From contig JAPLYL010000003.1 of NCBI GenBank assembly GCA_026395595.1, positions 12,136 to 76,135 on the forward strand: a stretch of 64,000 bases of DNA, read 5' to 3'. This document shows, piece by piece, positions 53,763 to 64,000 of the stretch (position 1 is its first letter; each line of letters starts with the position of its first letter). Made by a program: the position numbers and the translations under genes. The notes beneath the pieces were generated by a model, which worked only from the letters and a program-made list of their open reading frames with translations, was not told the DNA's origin and did not search any database. Source of the DNA: Candidatus Parcubacteria bacterium. Its GTDB lineage: Bacteria; Patescibacteriota; Minisyncoccia; Phycocordibacterales; CAIJYI01.

Positions 53763-55910
53763 ATGGAACGTGATTATCCACTGGAGAAAGTAAGAAATAT
53801 CGGAATTATTGCCCACATAGATGCCGGCAAAACGACGTGCTCTGAGCGCGTGCTTTTCTATACCGGAGTAACGCACAAGATCGGAGAGGTGCACGAAGGA
53901 GAGGCGGTCATGGACTGGATGGAACAGGAACAGGAGCGTGGAATCACGATTACCTCGGCGGCGACCACTTGTTTTTGGGTCCCGACCTATGCCAAAGGAG
54001 ATGTCTCTAAAAAGCATCGCTTTAACCTGATTGACACCCCCGGGCACATTGACTTTACCATTGAGGTGAAGCGTTCCCTTCGTGTTCTTGACGGAGCCGT
54101 CGTCGTTTTTGACGGCGTTGCCGGCGTTGAACCTCAGTCTGAAACCAACTGGCGCTATGCCGATGACGGTAATGTTCCTCGTATCTGCCTCATCAATAAA
54201 TTGGACAGAACCGGTGCATCCTTTGAACGTTCCTATCAGAGCATTCTTGCTCGTTTGACCAAAGATGCGGTTCGCATGCATCTTCCTATCGGAGAAGAAG
54301 ATAAACTTCTCGGCGTTGTTGATCTGCTTGAAATGAAAGGCTATCACTTTGACGGAGAAAGAGGAGAGAAAGTAGTAGAAGTTCCGGTTCCGGAAAACAT
54401 GAAAGCTGATGTGGAAAAATATCATAATGAATTAGTTGAAAAAATAGTGGAACAGGATGAAGAATTGATGAATGAGTATCTTGAAGGAAAAATTCCTTCA
54501 ACTGAAGTATTAAAAACAACGCTTCGCAAAGCGGTTATCGCGAATAAGATCGTTCCTGTTATGGCCGGTTCTGCTTTGAAGAATAAAGGAATTCAGCTTA
54601 CTCTTGATGCCGTGGTTGATTACCTCCCGAGTCCTCTTGATATTCCCGCTCCGAAAGGAATTGATCCGAACACCAACGAAGAAATCACGCGAGAAGTTTC
54701 CGACAAGGCTCCTTTGTCCGCACTCGCTTTCAAGATTGCCAGCGATCCGTACGTCGGACAACTCGTTTTCTTCCGCGTCTATTCCGGAACGCTTGAATCA
54801 GGTTCTTACGTCTTCAATGCGACCAAAAACAAAAAAGAAAGAATCGGACGCATCCTTCGAATGCACGCCAACGAAAGAGAAGAGGTGAAAAAAGTTTTTG
54901 CCGGAGAAATTGCCGCTGCTGTTGGATTGAAAGACGCGACGACTTCCGACACCTTCTGTGACGAAGACCACCCGATTATTCTTGAAAGAATTATCGCTCC
55001 GGATTCCGTCATCTCCATGCGCATTGAACCGAAGACGAAAGCCGACCAAGAGAAAATGGGTATGGCGCTCTCTCGTCTTGTTGCTGAAGACCCGACCTTC
55101 CGCGTGAAAACCGATCCCGAAACGCTTGAGACGATTATCTCGGGAATGGGAGAACTCCACTTGGACGTTATGGTTGAACGCATGAAAAGAGAGTTCGGCG
55201 TTGAAGCCAACGTCGGCAAACCGCAAGTCGCCTATCGCGAGACCATTCTCGGAAATGCGGAAGCGGAAGGAAAATACATCAAGCAGTCCGGCGGTAAAGG
55301 TCAGTATGGGCACGTACGCATTCGCATGAAACCGCTTGATAAAACGGTTGATGTGGAGGAGTTGCCGAAGAACACCAAACGCAACAAAGAAAACACTTTT
55401 GAATTCATCAATAGTATTAAAGGAGGAGTCATTCCGCAGGAATTTATTCCCGCTGTTGAAAAAGGACTCCGCGAGGCGATGGATCGCGGAGTGCTCGCCG
55501 GATTCCCTATGGTTGACCTCTCTATTGAACTCTACGACGGTTCTTACCACGATGTTGACTCATCAGAAATCGCCTTTAAAGTCGCCGCTTCTATGGCCTT
55601 CCAGGAGGCAACCAAGCACGCGAAAGCCGTTATCTTAGAGCCGATCATGAAAGTGGAAGTCGTTATGCCGGAAAAATTCATGGGAGATATCTCCGGACAC
55701 CTTTCCTCACGACGCGGACAAATTGAATCCATGGAAGATCGTGGAATGAACAAAGTCGTGAAAGCGACCGTTCCGTTGTCCGAAATGTTCGGTTATGTCA
55801 CCAGTCTTCGTTCCATGACCGAAGGTCGCGGAATGTCCACGATGGAATTCTCGCACTATGCGGTCGTGCCGAACAACGTGGCGACGACGATTATTGAGAG
55901 CAGAAAATAA
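53763..55910 (+). CDS. fusA: elongation factor G
   Basis: [21 protein letters not shown]; 715 aa. Confidence 0.95.
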   Translation: MERDYPLEKVRNIGIIAHIDAGKTTCSERVLFYTGVTHKIGEVHEGEAVMDWMEQEQERGITITSAATTCFWVPTYAKGDVSKKHRFNLIDTPGHIDFTIEVKRSLRVLDGAVVVFDGVAGVEPQSETNWRYADDGNVPRICLINKLDRTGASFERSYQSILARLTKDAVRMHLPIGEEDKLLGVVDLLEMKGYHFDGERGEKVVEVPVPENMKADVEKYHNELVEKIVEQDEELMNEYLEGKIPSTEVLKTTLRKAVIANKIVPVMAGSALKNKGIQLTLDAVVDYLPSPLDIPAPKGIDPNTNEEITREVSDKAPLSALAFKIASDPYVGQLVFFRVYSGTLESGSYVFNATKNKKERIGRILRMHANEREEVKKVFAGEIAAAVGLKDATTSDTFCDEDHPIILERIIAPDSVISMRIEPKTKADQEKMGMALSRLVAEDPTFRVKTDPETLETIISGMGELHLDVMVERMKREFGVEANVGKPQVAYRETILGNAEAEGKYIKQSGGKGQYGHVRIRMKPLDKTVDVEELPKNTKRNKENTFEFINSIKGGVIPQEFIPAVEKGLREAMDRGVLAGFPMVDLSIELYDGSYHDVDSSEIAFKVAASMAFQEATKHAKAVILEPIMKVEVVMPEKFMGDISGHLSSRRGQIESMEDRGMNKVVKATVPLSEMFGYVTSLRSMTEGRGMSTMEFSHYAVVPNNVATTIIESRK

Positions 55911-55971
55911 TTTCGTATTGCAAGGTCTTTCCTTAAGGAGGAGCGAAGCGACGGGGAAAGGAGAGACCTTG
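55904..55971. repeat. dispersed hairpin element, short copy
   Basis: cgtattgcaaggtctttccttaaggaggagcgaagcgacggggaaaggagagaccttggggctattt, starting inside the fusA stop codon. Confidence 0.55.
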
Positions 55972-56047
55972 GGGCTATTTCACTCTATTTTTATAATCCA
56001 AAAAAACGGCACTCGCCGTTTTTTTGTTTTGTTGATATACTCTGTAT

Positions 56048-56425
56048 ATGAAAAAGAAACATTTTTTTGCTATCGCTCTTTTTTCTCTCATCCCCATCTC
56101 TGTTTTTGCCGTGTATGGCGGAACCTACGACAATATCGTCGGATGCGGAATAAATACGATTCCGAAATTTATTAAAGCGACGCTTGATCTCGTTATAAAA
56201 GTCGGCATCCCCGTCGCCTCCGTTTTTCTTATCTTCGCCGGCTTCATGTTTCTTACCGCGCAAGGAAATGAAGGCAAACTCACCGCCGCCAAAAGCGCTT
56301 TCCTCTGGTCGTGTGTCGGTTTCGGTGTTCTTATCGGAGCATGGCTCTTTTCAACTGCCTTTGTCGGAATTATGACCTCCATTACTGGCGGCAATGCTGA
56401 ATCGGTTACCATCACACCCTGTTAA
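56048..56425 (+). CDS. small secreted two-TM protein, possible TrbC/VirB2-like pilin (speculative)
   Basis: Signal peptide, then two long hydrophobic helices separated by a short loop; 125 aa. Confidence 0.35.
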   Translation: MKKKHFFAIALFSLIPISVFAVYGGTYDNIVGCGINTIPKFIKATLDLVIKVGIPVASVFLIFAGFMFLTAQGNEGKLTAAKSAFLWSCVGFGVLIGAWLFSTAFVGIMTSITGGNAESVTITPC

Positions 56426-56431
56426 GATACA

Positions 56432-56992
56432 ATGAATGAGATCTGTTTTGGCTCTGAAAAAATAGCATATATTCTCAAACGGTATCCGCGTTCAAAGCGG
56501 GTGCGTTTGTGTATTTCACGTGATAGGGCTTTGCTGGTAACCGCTCCGAAAAGAACACCGTTTTATTTCATTGAACGAGTGCTTCAGGAAAAACAAGATT
56601 GGATACGAAAAACGCTCAAGTATTTTGAAGCATTACCAAAACCGGTATCTTTTGTTTCGGGAAGAAAACTCTATGAAAAGCACAAAGAAGAAGCAAGAGA
56701 ACTCGTTTCCATTCGGCTTGTTTACTGGAACCAATGGTATAATTTCTCATGGGGAAGGATAAGTATCCGCAACCAGAAAACGCGATGGGGAAGCTGTTCC
56801 AAAAAAGGAAATCTTAATTTTAGTTACAAACTCGCCCTGCTTCCTCAAGAATTGTCAGATTATGTCATCGTCCACGAACTGTGCCACCTGAGAGAATTCA
56901 ACCACTCAAAAAATTTCTGGGATCTTGTCTCTCAAGCTATCCCCGATCACAAAGAAAAACGAGAAGCGCTTCATCAACATCGACTTTCGTAA
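56432..56992 (+). CDS. M48/DUF45-family metal-dependent hydrolase (YgjP-like)
   Basis: TRWGSCS and HELCHLREFNHSKNFW (HExxH) motifs. Confidence 0.75.
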   Translation: MNEICFGSEKIAYILKRYPRSKRVRLCISRDRALLVTAPKRTPFYFIERVLQEKQDWIRKTLKYFEALPKPVSFVSGRKLYEKHKEEARELVSIRLVYWNQWYNFSWGRISIRNQKTRWGSCSKKGNLNFSYKLALLPQELSDYVIVHELCHLREFNHSKNFWDLVSQAIPDHKEKREALHQHRLS

Positions 56993-57093
56993 TCGTACCT
57001 CCTCCCCTTTTTAAAGGGGAGGATTGAGGTGGGGTTTGATGAGCCACCATACTTTGTCTTGACCACTCAATTGTTTAATGTTTGAATAGCTCT

Positions 57094-57639
57094 ATGGAAA
57101 AATTCTTACTTCATACTTGTTGCGCTCCTTGCGGGGTAGCGGTTATTGATGAACTTCGCAAGAAGTTTGATTTGACTGTGTTTTTTTACAATCCAAACAT
57201 ATTTCCCGAGGAAGAATACCTGAAACGAAAAAAAGAAGTGATTCTCGTATGTGAAGAATGGAATGTTTCCATGATAGACCACGACTATATCCCCGAAGAA
57301 TGGAATGAAAAAGTGCGAGGTCTGGAAAACGAACCCGAAGGTGGAATGCGATGCGGAGCATGCATTAAAATGCGTTTGCTTCGCACTGGCGAGATTGCCA
57401 AAGAAAACAATTTTGAAATTTTCGGAACGACCCTCACGATGGGCCGGCAAAAAACAGCCAAAGTCATCACTCCGATAGGCGAAGCCATCGCGCAGATTTT
57501 CGGCCTCAAATATCTCGCCGAAGACTGGAAAAAAGGTGGCAGGCAAGAAATAGCGCGCCACTTAATAAAGGAAAAAAATATCTATCAGCAAAATTACTGC
57601 GGTTGCAAATACTCGTTGCAAGCAAGAAGAGAAGAATAG
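57094..57639 (+). CDS. queH: epoxyqueuosine reductase QueH (DUF208); ORF-track TTG at 57082
   Basis: LLHTCCAPCG motif plus C-terminal NYCGCKYS cysteine cluster. Confidence 0.8.
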   Translation: MEKFLLHTCCAPCGVAVIDELRKKFDLTVFFYNPNIFPEEEYLKRKKEVILVCEEWNVSMIDHDYIPEEWNEKVRGLENEPEGGMRCGACIKMRLLRTGEIAKENNFEIFGTTLTMGRQKTAKVITPIGEAIAQIFGLKYLAEDWKKGGRQEIARHLIKEKNIYQQNYCGCKYSLQARREE

Positions 57640-57766
57640 AAGCCAGAGGTAGCTATTTTTTGGAGGTGAGTCCTCCCTTTGGAGGTCTCTCCTCCAAAAA
57701 ATAGCGGTGTTTAAAACACAAAACTCCATGTAAAAAACAGCCTCGCAAATGCGAGGCTGTTGTCTT

Positions 57767-58276
57767 CTACTCTACTTTATACAACGGTAAGAATTTGAAA
57801 AATTTCGGATATTCAGGGAGAACGCGAAATCCCAGTCCGAGTTCGCCGAGCTCTTGGTGACGAACTTCTGTTAGAGCAAAGTAATCTCCTTGTTCTTTTG
57901 CTTTCCAAAAAACTTCCGGGGTGACTTTGCAAATTACCTTTTTTTGCAGTTTGGTTTCAAACCATTTTTGCACAACGAAACGGTCTTTAAATTTTTTATA
58001 CGTCCCCATTGATGTATGAGCTGCAATAAGGGGAACAAGGTCAGCCGGTGTATCATCTCTTATGAGAATATACATTTTAAGCTGTTCCGGTTTCCATAAG
58101 TTTTGGGAGTATTGCGGTCTTGGTGGTGGTTCTGGCCATACAATGGCCGGTATGTTCCATGTGCAAGTATCGCGACGACAACCGGTACCTCCACACATTC
58201 CGCGAGACGGGTCAGTATAATAACAGTCGTGAAAACCAAAAAAACAAAGTATTTTTCCAAAGAACTTTTTAGACAT
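57767..58276 (-). CDS. hypothetical Cys-rich protein
   Basis: CYYTDPSRGMCGGTGCRRDTCTW N-terminal cysteine cluster; terminator hairpin at 57731-57755. Confidence 0.4.
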   Translation of the reverse strand: MSKKFFGKILCFFGFHDCYYTDPSRGMCGGTGCRRDTCTWNIPAIVWPEPPPRPQYSQNLWKPEQLKMYILIRDDTPADLVPLIAAHTSMGTYKKFKDRFVVQKWFETKLQKKVICKVTPEVFWKAKEQGDYFALTEVRHQELGELGLGFRVLPEYPKFFKFLPLYKVE

Positions 58277-58404
58277 TTTTCTCTCCTTCCTTGCCTCGCC
58301 GTAGCTTCAGCGGTGGGTTTTGTGAAATGCTAAATAGGATATTACTATAATAACCATAGTCTGTCAACATTTCGTCATTATGGTATTTTCGTTATCATAC
58401 TCGT

Positions 58405-59835
58405 ATGGAACCAAAAGAATTTTTCAAAAACAAGAGTGTTCTCGTTGTCATTTTGGGTATTTACGGCGGGGGCGCCGCGACAGCGAAGTGGTTGTTTCAA
58501 AACGGCGCAGAGGTAACGGTGACTGATATGCGTTCGGAAAAAGAACTGGAAGAATCTATGAAATTATTTACCCCAAAAGAACGGAAGGGAATTCGTTTTG
58601 TTCTTGGAGGGCAACAGGAAGAAGATTTTTCTTCGCACGACATTATTGTCCTCGGCCCGGGCGTACCGAGAGAAAGCAAGTATCTTGCCGTGGCGAAAAA
58701 AGCAGGCAAGCAGATAGAAAATGATGCGAGCTTATTTTTTCGCTTCGTAAAAAATCCGGTAATCGCAGTAACGGGTACACGAGGGAAATCAACAACTACT
58801 TCATGGATTGCCCATATTTTATCTCACAAGTATGGAGATTTTATTCCTACCGGAAACAATCCAAAACACGCTTTTTTGAAAGAACTTTCTTTATTGAAAG
58901 ACGAAAGTCGTCCCGTTGTTGCGGAAATGTCTTCGTGGCAGCTTGAGTATTTACCTCATGCAGAAAAAGCGCCTCATATTGCCGTCATAACCAACCTCAC
59001 ACTCGATCACCTCAACCGATATCAGGGAGGAATGGAAGACTACGCCGGAGCGAAAGCCAACATTTTTAAAGACCAAACTGAAAATGATTTTCTTATTTTG
59101 AATGCTGATAATGAATGGACAAAGTTCTATCTTTCCAAAAAACCGAAAGCGAAACTCTATTATTTTTCCAAAAAACCGCTCGCGAAAGGCAAGAACGGGA
59201 TGTTTACAAAAGAGGGGAAAATGATATTCCAAAACGGAAAAGAAGGAAAAGAAATTCTTGATATAAAAAAGTTTTCCGAAACCATGGGAACCCATAATTT
59301 GGAAAATCTTTTAGCTACCGTACTTTCCATCACTCTTTTTGATCCAAAATTCCATATTACAAGAAAGATGATTGATTCACTCCCTCAAATTCCTTTTCGC
59401 CAAGAAATTATTTTTTCAAAAAACGGATTGACCATTGTGAATGACAGCGCTGGAACTTCTCCGGATGCCACAATCGCCGTTCTCCGCAGGTTTCCTAAAA
59501 ATAGCATTTTGGTTACTGGCGGAACGGATAAAGATCTGGAATTTCGCGAATTGGCGAAAGAAATAAAGGAAACACTCACCCCTGCGAAACTCATTTTATT
59601 GAACGGTTCTGCCACCAAAAAACTTATTTTGGAACTCAAGAAAATACATTTCTTCAAAGATAAAAAAATACTTCTTTTTGAAACACTGGAAGAATGCACC
59701 GATTTTGCTCTCGGAGTGCTCCCACAAAAAAAAGGAACCGTTCTCTTCTCCCCTGGCTCTGCCAGTTTTGAAAAGTTCCAAAATGAGTTTGACAGAGGCG
59801 GTAGGTTTAACGCCATCATTCAGTCACTCTTGTAA
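58405..59835 (+). CDS. murD: UDP-N-acetylmuramoylalanine--D-glutamate ligase
   Basis: Mur ligase P-loop AVTGTRGKSTTTSW and Mur ligase middle/C-terminal domains. Confidence 0.8.
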   Translation: MEPKEFFKNKSVLVVILGIYGGGAATAKWLFQNGAEVTVTDMRSEKELEESMKLFTPKERKGIRFVLGGQQEEDFSSHDIIVLGPGVPRESKYLAVAKKAGKQIENDASLFFRFVKNPVIAVTGTRGKSTTTSWIAHILSHKYGDFIPTGNNPKHAFLKELSLLKDESRPVVAEMSSWQLEYLPHAEKAPHIAVITNLTLDHLNRYQGGMEDYAGAKANIFKDQTENDFLILNADNEWTKFYLSKKPKAKLYYFSKKPLAKGKNGMFTKEGKMIFQNGKEGKEILDIKKFSETMGTHNLENLLATVLSITLFDPKFHITRKMIDSLPQIPFRQEIIFSKNGLTIVNDSAGTSPDATIAVLRRFPKNSILVTGGTDKDLEFRELAKEIKETLTPAKLILLNGSATKKLILELKKIHFFKDKKILLFETLEECTDFALGVLPQKKGTVLFSPGSASFEKFQNEFDRGGRFNAIIQSLL

Positions 59836-59856
59836 TTTCACAATAAGCGTGGTATT

Positions 59857-60787
59857 GTGCGTTTAGATTATTTCATTTTATTTCGGAGGTGTCTCATGAA
59901 AATACAGATCTCGGACACCGCGTCCGGTTCTCTTCATATGATCTTTGCCAGCGTATCTTTTTCGTTGATGGTGGCTTGTGTCTATCTTGCGCGAGTGCTT
60001 GATCCGAGTGTTTCGTCTGTTGTCGTCAGTTTTGTGCGAGTACTGGTCAACTTGATCATTCTGCTTATTCCGGCGATATTCGCTCGCGACATAAGGGGTC
60101 TTTTTGGGGACGGACGAGCCTCTCTTTGGTTCCGCGGATTGTTCGGCGGAATATCGCTCATGCTTTTCTTTTTTGCGATTCAGTCTATCGGCATGGCGGA
60201 ATCAACTTTTATTCAGTCAAGCAACGGAATTTTCATCGTGCTGCTCTGTCCGTTCTTCCTCTCTGAAAAGTTTTCGTTCTCGGCTCTTTTTGCGGTCTTC
60301 GGTTCTCTTATCGGGTTGTACTTTTTTGTTTGACCCGCATCTTGGCATGGCTCATTTGGTCGGAAAATCCATCGCCCTTGCCGCCGGGTTTTTTGCCGCT
60401 CTCTCCAATCTTATGGTGGCGAGAGCAGGAAGAAGCAATACCTCAGCCTGTGTTGTTTTTTATTTTTGCTTCGTTTCCGTCTTCATCCACATTCCATATT
60501 TTTGGCAATACGGATTGATTATTCCTTCCGGAACTTTTATCTGGCTGGCGATGATAGGAGCGGGATTGTTTGCCAGTATCGGACAGCTCTGTATGACCAA
60601 AGCGTACCAACTTGCGAACATAGGGAAGATGACCATTCTCGGATATTTTGCGCCTGTATTCAGTTTAGTCTGGAGCGTGCTGTTCTTTCATCAGGTGCTT
60701 ACCGCAAGGTCTCTTATCGGTTGTTTCATTATTCTTGTGTGCGGAGTATTTTTCTCTCTTCTCCGAAACGAAAAAGTTGTTTCATAA
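59857..60787 (+). pseudogene. EamA/DMT-family transporter split by a +1 frameshift at a T6 run (~60325)
   Basis: ORFs 59857-60333 (frame 1) and 60104-60787 (frame 2) each encode one EamA repeat; they join to a 10-TM protein of about 305 aa. Confidence 0.55.
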
Positions 60788-60823
60788 ATCAAACTGCCCC
60801 GATAGAGGGGCAGTTTTTTCTCT

Positions 60824-61651
60824 TTATCTTCCTCGTATTCTTAGTGAAAAATCAGGGTCTTCTCCGTGTTTTTTGGCGAAATGATTGATAATATGTTTTT
60901 TTCGTATCTCTTGAAAGGGAAGTTCTGTATCTATAATGTTGAGCGCATGGATATATTGGTCGGCGTTCTCCGGAAGGATAATGCGATAGTTAAAAGGTAT
61001 TTTCCCCGGAACCACATGATTGATATGTTTTACGATATTGCCGAAGCAAGCGTTTGAGACGGAGTGATAAAATTCCGGATTTTGGGAAAGTTCGTTTGAC
61101 CTTTTAAGCATATCCGAGAAAAGTTCCTGTGATTGTTTTTTGTTAAAGCGAAGCGGATAGAGAAAAAGATTATCCTTATGATGATCCGTACGAAGGCGCA
61201 TGACATCGCGTTCATCCGCGATAACATACATGAGTTCAAATTGGCGGAAAAGACCTTTGAAGGCGGAATACTTTTCTCCTTTTTTCTTTCGTATTTCAAC
61301 GGAAATGGAAACAAAAACATCACCTTCAAATTCAAATGAAAGGAAAGTGTGCGCGGCATATTTGTATCCGGTGAAGTGGACCAGAGAGAGCCAGACTTTT
61401 TTAAGTTTGTTGAGATCGTATTCGCGGTCGTCATAACTGACGACGTAATCGGTCGCGGTTTTGTACGATACATGACGGACGTTTTTTATGAGAATTTTTC
61501 CATCGTCTTTAAACTCCGAGATTGGAAGCACTTTTTGATCAAGGCTCCAATCACGTTCTTTTAAGGGACGTTTTTTATAGAGCCAAAAAGAGACGATCAA
61601 AATGATTGCCGTGCACGCGATTAAAAAAAACTTGAGAAAAATTAAAAACAT
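60824..61651 (-). CDS. hypothetical protein with N-terminal TM anchor
   Basis: 275-aa ORF. Confidence 0.45.
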   Translation of the reverse strand: MFLIFLKFFLIACTAIILIVSFWLYKKRPLKERDWSLDQKVLPISEFKDDGKILIKNVRHVSYKTATDYVVSYDDREYDLNKLKKVWLSLVHFTGYKYAAHTFLSFEFEGDVFVSISVEIRKKKGEKYSAFKGLFRQFELMYVIADERDVMRLRTDHHKDNLFLYPLRFNKKQSQELFSDMLKRSNELSQNPEFYHSVSNACFGNIVKHINHVVPGKIPFNYRIILPENADQYIHALNIIDTELPFQEIRKKHIINHFAKKHGEDPDFSLRIRGR

Positions 61652-61655
61652 ATTT

Positions 61656-61994
61656 TTATCCGTCGCCCCACTTCCTTGTTTCGTTTATTTTGTTTTTCTC
61701 GCGAAAAGCTTTTTCCAGATCAACCTCAAAATAGTTTGCGAGATCAAGAAGATAATTCAGAACATCGGCAAATTCGTGCTCAAGATGGTGTTTTTGCCCC
61801 TTCTTGCTTTCTTTGCCTTCTTGCTCCCATTCTCCATTATAATCACGCATGGCGCGAGTAAGTTCCCCAAGCTCTTCTACGAGTCCGCTTAAAATGACGA
61901 GATTGGAATTTTTATCAAAACCGCGTTCTTTGCAAAATTCTTTTACGTTCAATTGCAAATCTGCGAGCGTTGGATTTTCTTTTAGTGTGTTCAT
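61656..61994 (-). CDS. MazG-like nucleoside triphosphate pyrophosphohydrolase
   Basis: EELGELTRAM...EFADVLNYLLDLA EExxE/D motifs of the MazG fold. Confidence 0.7.
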   Translation of the reverse strand: MNTLKENPTLADLQLNVKEFCKERGFDKNSNLVILSGLVEELGELTRAMRDYNGEWEQEGKESKKGQKHHLEHEFADVLNYLLDLANYFEVDLEKAFREKNKINETRKWGDG

Positions 61995-62381
61995 ATATAT
62001 ATTAAAACAAAAAGGGAACGGATTTGCCAGTTAATCCGTTCCCGTGAATAATCGTCCTCGTTTTTATTCCTCGGAACGAAGGGTTTGCGTCTCTTTCATA
62101 AGGGTTCCCAGCTTCTTTTGCAGGTCGTCTATTTCTTTCTCTTTTTTCAGTATTTTCTTGATTACTTTTTCTTGCTCTTTCTGGAGATTCTGCCTCTTAA
62201 ACTCTTTTAAAATATACCGCATCATGACGGCTCCCCGAAGTTAATTCTGTGTATATTATATATCTAATACGATATTTTGTCAAATTATTCCGGAAAGATA
62301 GCTTGACATATTTTTAGATATATAGTATGTTATATCAGGCTTTTGTTATTTTACATTATTCTATTTTCGGGAGGACGAATT

Positions 62382-63053
62382 ATGAATCTTATAGAGTTTT
62401 TGGCCTTTGTCTTGTTGTTTTTGGTCGTTTGGGTCCAATACTCAACGATTAAAGACCTCAGGAACGAGTTGACCCATGATCCGCTGACCGGTCTTCGCAT
62501 TATGCGCCATTTTGAAAAAAAATGTCTCGATGTTATGGATCGAGTGGAAAGAAAAAGGGAAGCGTCTTTGACGGCATCGCAGGAAGAACACACGGCCCAC
62601 CGGTCTCACAACCATTCTCATTGCGTTGCTTTCGTAGATTTGGACGGTCTTCAGTGGACAAACAACCATGCTGATTTTGGATACTTTGTCGGAGATCGCG
62701 TATTGGTCGCATTGGCAAACATTTTGAATCGTTGGAAACGGCAAGATGACTTGGTGGTACGCCGTTCAAAAGGCGGAGATGAATTTCTTCTGCTTTTTGC
62801 CGGATCTACCGAAGAGGAAGCGGAACGGCTTCTCTTGGAAAACAGAAGACGTTTTGAAACGGTTATCGCGAAGCGTTTTCCCGGGCTTGCCGGTAATGTC
62901 AGTTTTTCTTTCGGAGTAAGAGAAGTGAATCTTGGACAAACTGAAGACGATATCGCTCAAGCGATTGAAGCTTCCAGTAAGGTCATGCATCGTTTCAAAA
63001 CGGAACGGAAAATGGATCGTCGCATCTCTTCTCTTAAAGAAGAAGTGTCATAA
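62382..63053 (+). CDS. GGDEF-domain protein (putative diguanylate cyclase) with N-terminal TM
   Basis: VDLDGLQWTNNHADFGYFVGDRVL and RSKGGDEFLLLF (GGDEF) motifs; GGGAGGA SD before the ATG at 62382. Confidence 0.8.
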   Translation: MNLIEFLAFVLLFLVVWVQYSTIKDLRNELTHDPLTGLRIMRHFEKKCLDVMDRVERKREASLTASQEEHTAHRSHNHSHCVAFVDLDGLQWTNNHADFGYFVGDRVLVALANILNRWKRQDDLVVRRSKGGDEFLLLFAGSTEEEAERLLLENRRRFETVIAKRFPGLAGNVSFSFGVREVNLGQTEDDIAQAIEASSKVMHRFKTERKMDRRISSLKEEVS

Positions 63054-63156
63054 AATATGGGTAAAAAGGGGGTTCTTACGAACCCCCTTTCTTTTTGTTT
63101 AAAAATAAGATATATTAGTACCAGTCAAAAGTTAAAAAGTTTAATTTTTAGAATAA

Positions 63157-63229
63157 GCCTGGTTAGCTCAGTTGGTAGAGCACGTCATTGGTAATGACGA
63201 GGTCCACAGTTCAATCCTGTGACCAGGCT
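63157..63229 (+). tRNA. tRNA-Thr (anticodon GGU)
   Basis: Cloverleaf: acceptor gcctggt/accaggc, D-arm tagctcagttggtagagc, anticodon stem cgtca/tgacg with loop ttGGTaa, T-arm cacag-ttcaatc-ctgtg; no encoded CCA. Confidence 0.85.
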
Positions 63230-63310
63230 CAAGACAATAGAAAAATAGTAAAATAATGAAATAGAAAATTTAAGTAGCCGATTTCCTATTTTTATATCAT
63301 TCTATTTTAG

Positions 63311-63383
63311 GCCACCTTAGCTCAGTTGGTAGAGCATCTCACTCGTAACGAGAAGGTCCCCAGTTCAATCCTGGGAGGTGGCT
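63311..63383 (+). tRNA. tRNA-Thr (anticodon CGU)
   Basis: Acceptor gccacct/aggtggc, anticodon loop ctCGTaa, T-arm cccag-ttcaatc-ctggg; terminator-like hairpin plus T-run at 63390-63418. Confidence 0.8.
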
Positions 63384-63497
63384 CACAAAAAAAAGCGACG
63401 GTATTCCGGCGCTTTTTTGTTTGCACTTTTATTGAATTCATGGTACTTTGCAAACAGATATATTTGCGTCCCTAAGGAGGCCAGAGTGGACCTTGAT

Positions 63498-64000
63498 ATG
63501 AAAAAAGTTCGGAATCTCCGAATGACCGCAAGAACGATTCAATTTTTCATTCTTGCTATCGTAGCGCTTTATGCTGTCTTTTGTTTCTATTTTGTCTTGT
63601 TTGATAGTGGAACACTAGACGGAAGATTTTTTCTGTACTCTCTCGTTCCGATTCCTTTTTTTTGGTATGCGGAAATAAAAGAACGTCAGGATACGTCTCC
63701 TTTTTTGGTAAAACTTAACCGCCTTTTTGCCGGAAAAAATGTTCACATCCGCGAAGCGACCGATACGGAAAAAAAAATCGTCAAAAGCTTTTTTGATGAA
63801 AAAGGGTACGAAATGCCCCTCCTCTTTACCTGCCGCCCAACGGAAGAAGTAAATGCGTTGATCGGACATTGCCATCAAACCAAATTTCTTCTTTTTACGG
63901 AGGAAGCATACTGGAAATGTTCCCCCCAAGAGATATGGGTAATACTCGCTCATGAAGTAGGACATTTGATAAACCGGGATATATTGCTTATGGCGGTGGA
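63498..64000 (+). CDS. M48-family (HtpX-like) zinc metallopeptidase, 3'-partial (runs off the window)
   Basis: Open frame from the ATG at 63498 to the window end; N-terminal TM helices and a HEVGHLINRD (HExxH...) motif. Not in the ORF track because it has no stop. Confidence 0.55.
   Translation, partial: MKKVRNLRMTARTIQFFILAIVALYAVFCFYFVLFDSGTLDGRFFLYSLVPIPFFWYAEIKERQDTSPFLVKLNRLFAGKNVHIREATDTEKKIVKSFFDEKGYEMPLLFTCRPTEEVNALIGHCHQTKFLLFTEEAYWKCSPQEIWVILAHEVGHLINRDILLMAV

Noticed and set aside
54798-55550. 250-aa minus-strand ORF antisense to fusA
   Set aside because: Shadow ORF opposite EF-G.
63615-63965. 116-aa minus-strand ORF
   Set aside because: Antisense to a longer open frame (63498 to window end) that contains an HExxH metallopeptidase motif and TM helices.

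Overview
AT-rich 64-kb bacterial window. Small proteins, K/A-rich tails on ribosomal proteins and accessory cassettes wedged into core operons suggest a small-genome CPR/Patescibacteria-like lineage, though this is inference. The backbone carries infC-rpmI-rplT, tandem clpP paralogs, ald, lexA, prolyl oligopeptidase, smpB, ftsH and tuf-rpsJ. It continues with rplC-rplD-rplW-rplB, then rpsS through rplE, then fusA, queH, murD, a GGDEF protein and two tRNA-Thr. Three findings stand out.

1. A ~9.4-kb segment (17770-27200) is bracketed by split 21-bp inverted repeats that look like a tRNA T-arm/acceptor 3' end. It ends in a large serine recombinase. Inside is a translationally coupled operon with a truncated vsr remnant, a 902-aa protein combining a GHKL/MORC-like ATPase with a histidine-kinase core, a 477-aa protein with a degenerate receiver-like N-terminus, and a Dcm m5C methyltransferase. 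I read this as a candidate undescribed modification-linked, two-component-like defence system. Next to it is an iteron-like array of covarying CACAAAC-CACAC half-sites.

2. The rplB-rpsS junction of the S10 operon has accumulated three cassettes (41.3-49.0 kb). They carry DUF1814 NTase, HepT/MntA and AbrB/RelE toxin-antitoxin pairs, gcvT and a metallophosphoesterase. Each is delimited by a copy of a ~190-bp module: rplB 3' coding tail, terminator and TTGACA-N16/17-TATAAT promoter. The rpsJ-rplC junction is similarly interrupted (NYN, GrpB).

3. lexA is divergent from a three-gene operon of unknown proteins, with a perfect 10-bp inverted repeat as candidate operator.

Smaller items include a MITE-like element, two families of dispersed hairpin repeats sharing an AAGGAG(G)AGCGAAGCGAC core, and a duplicated 5' leader stem-loop before gcvT and the phosphoesterase gene. 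All functional calls rest on motifs read from the translations; no database search was possible.
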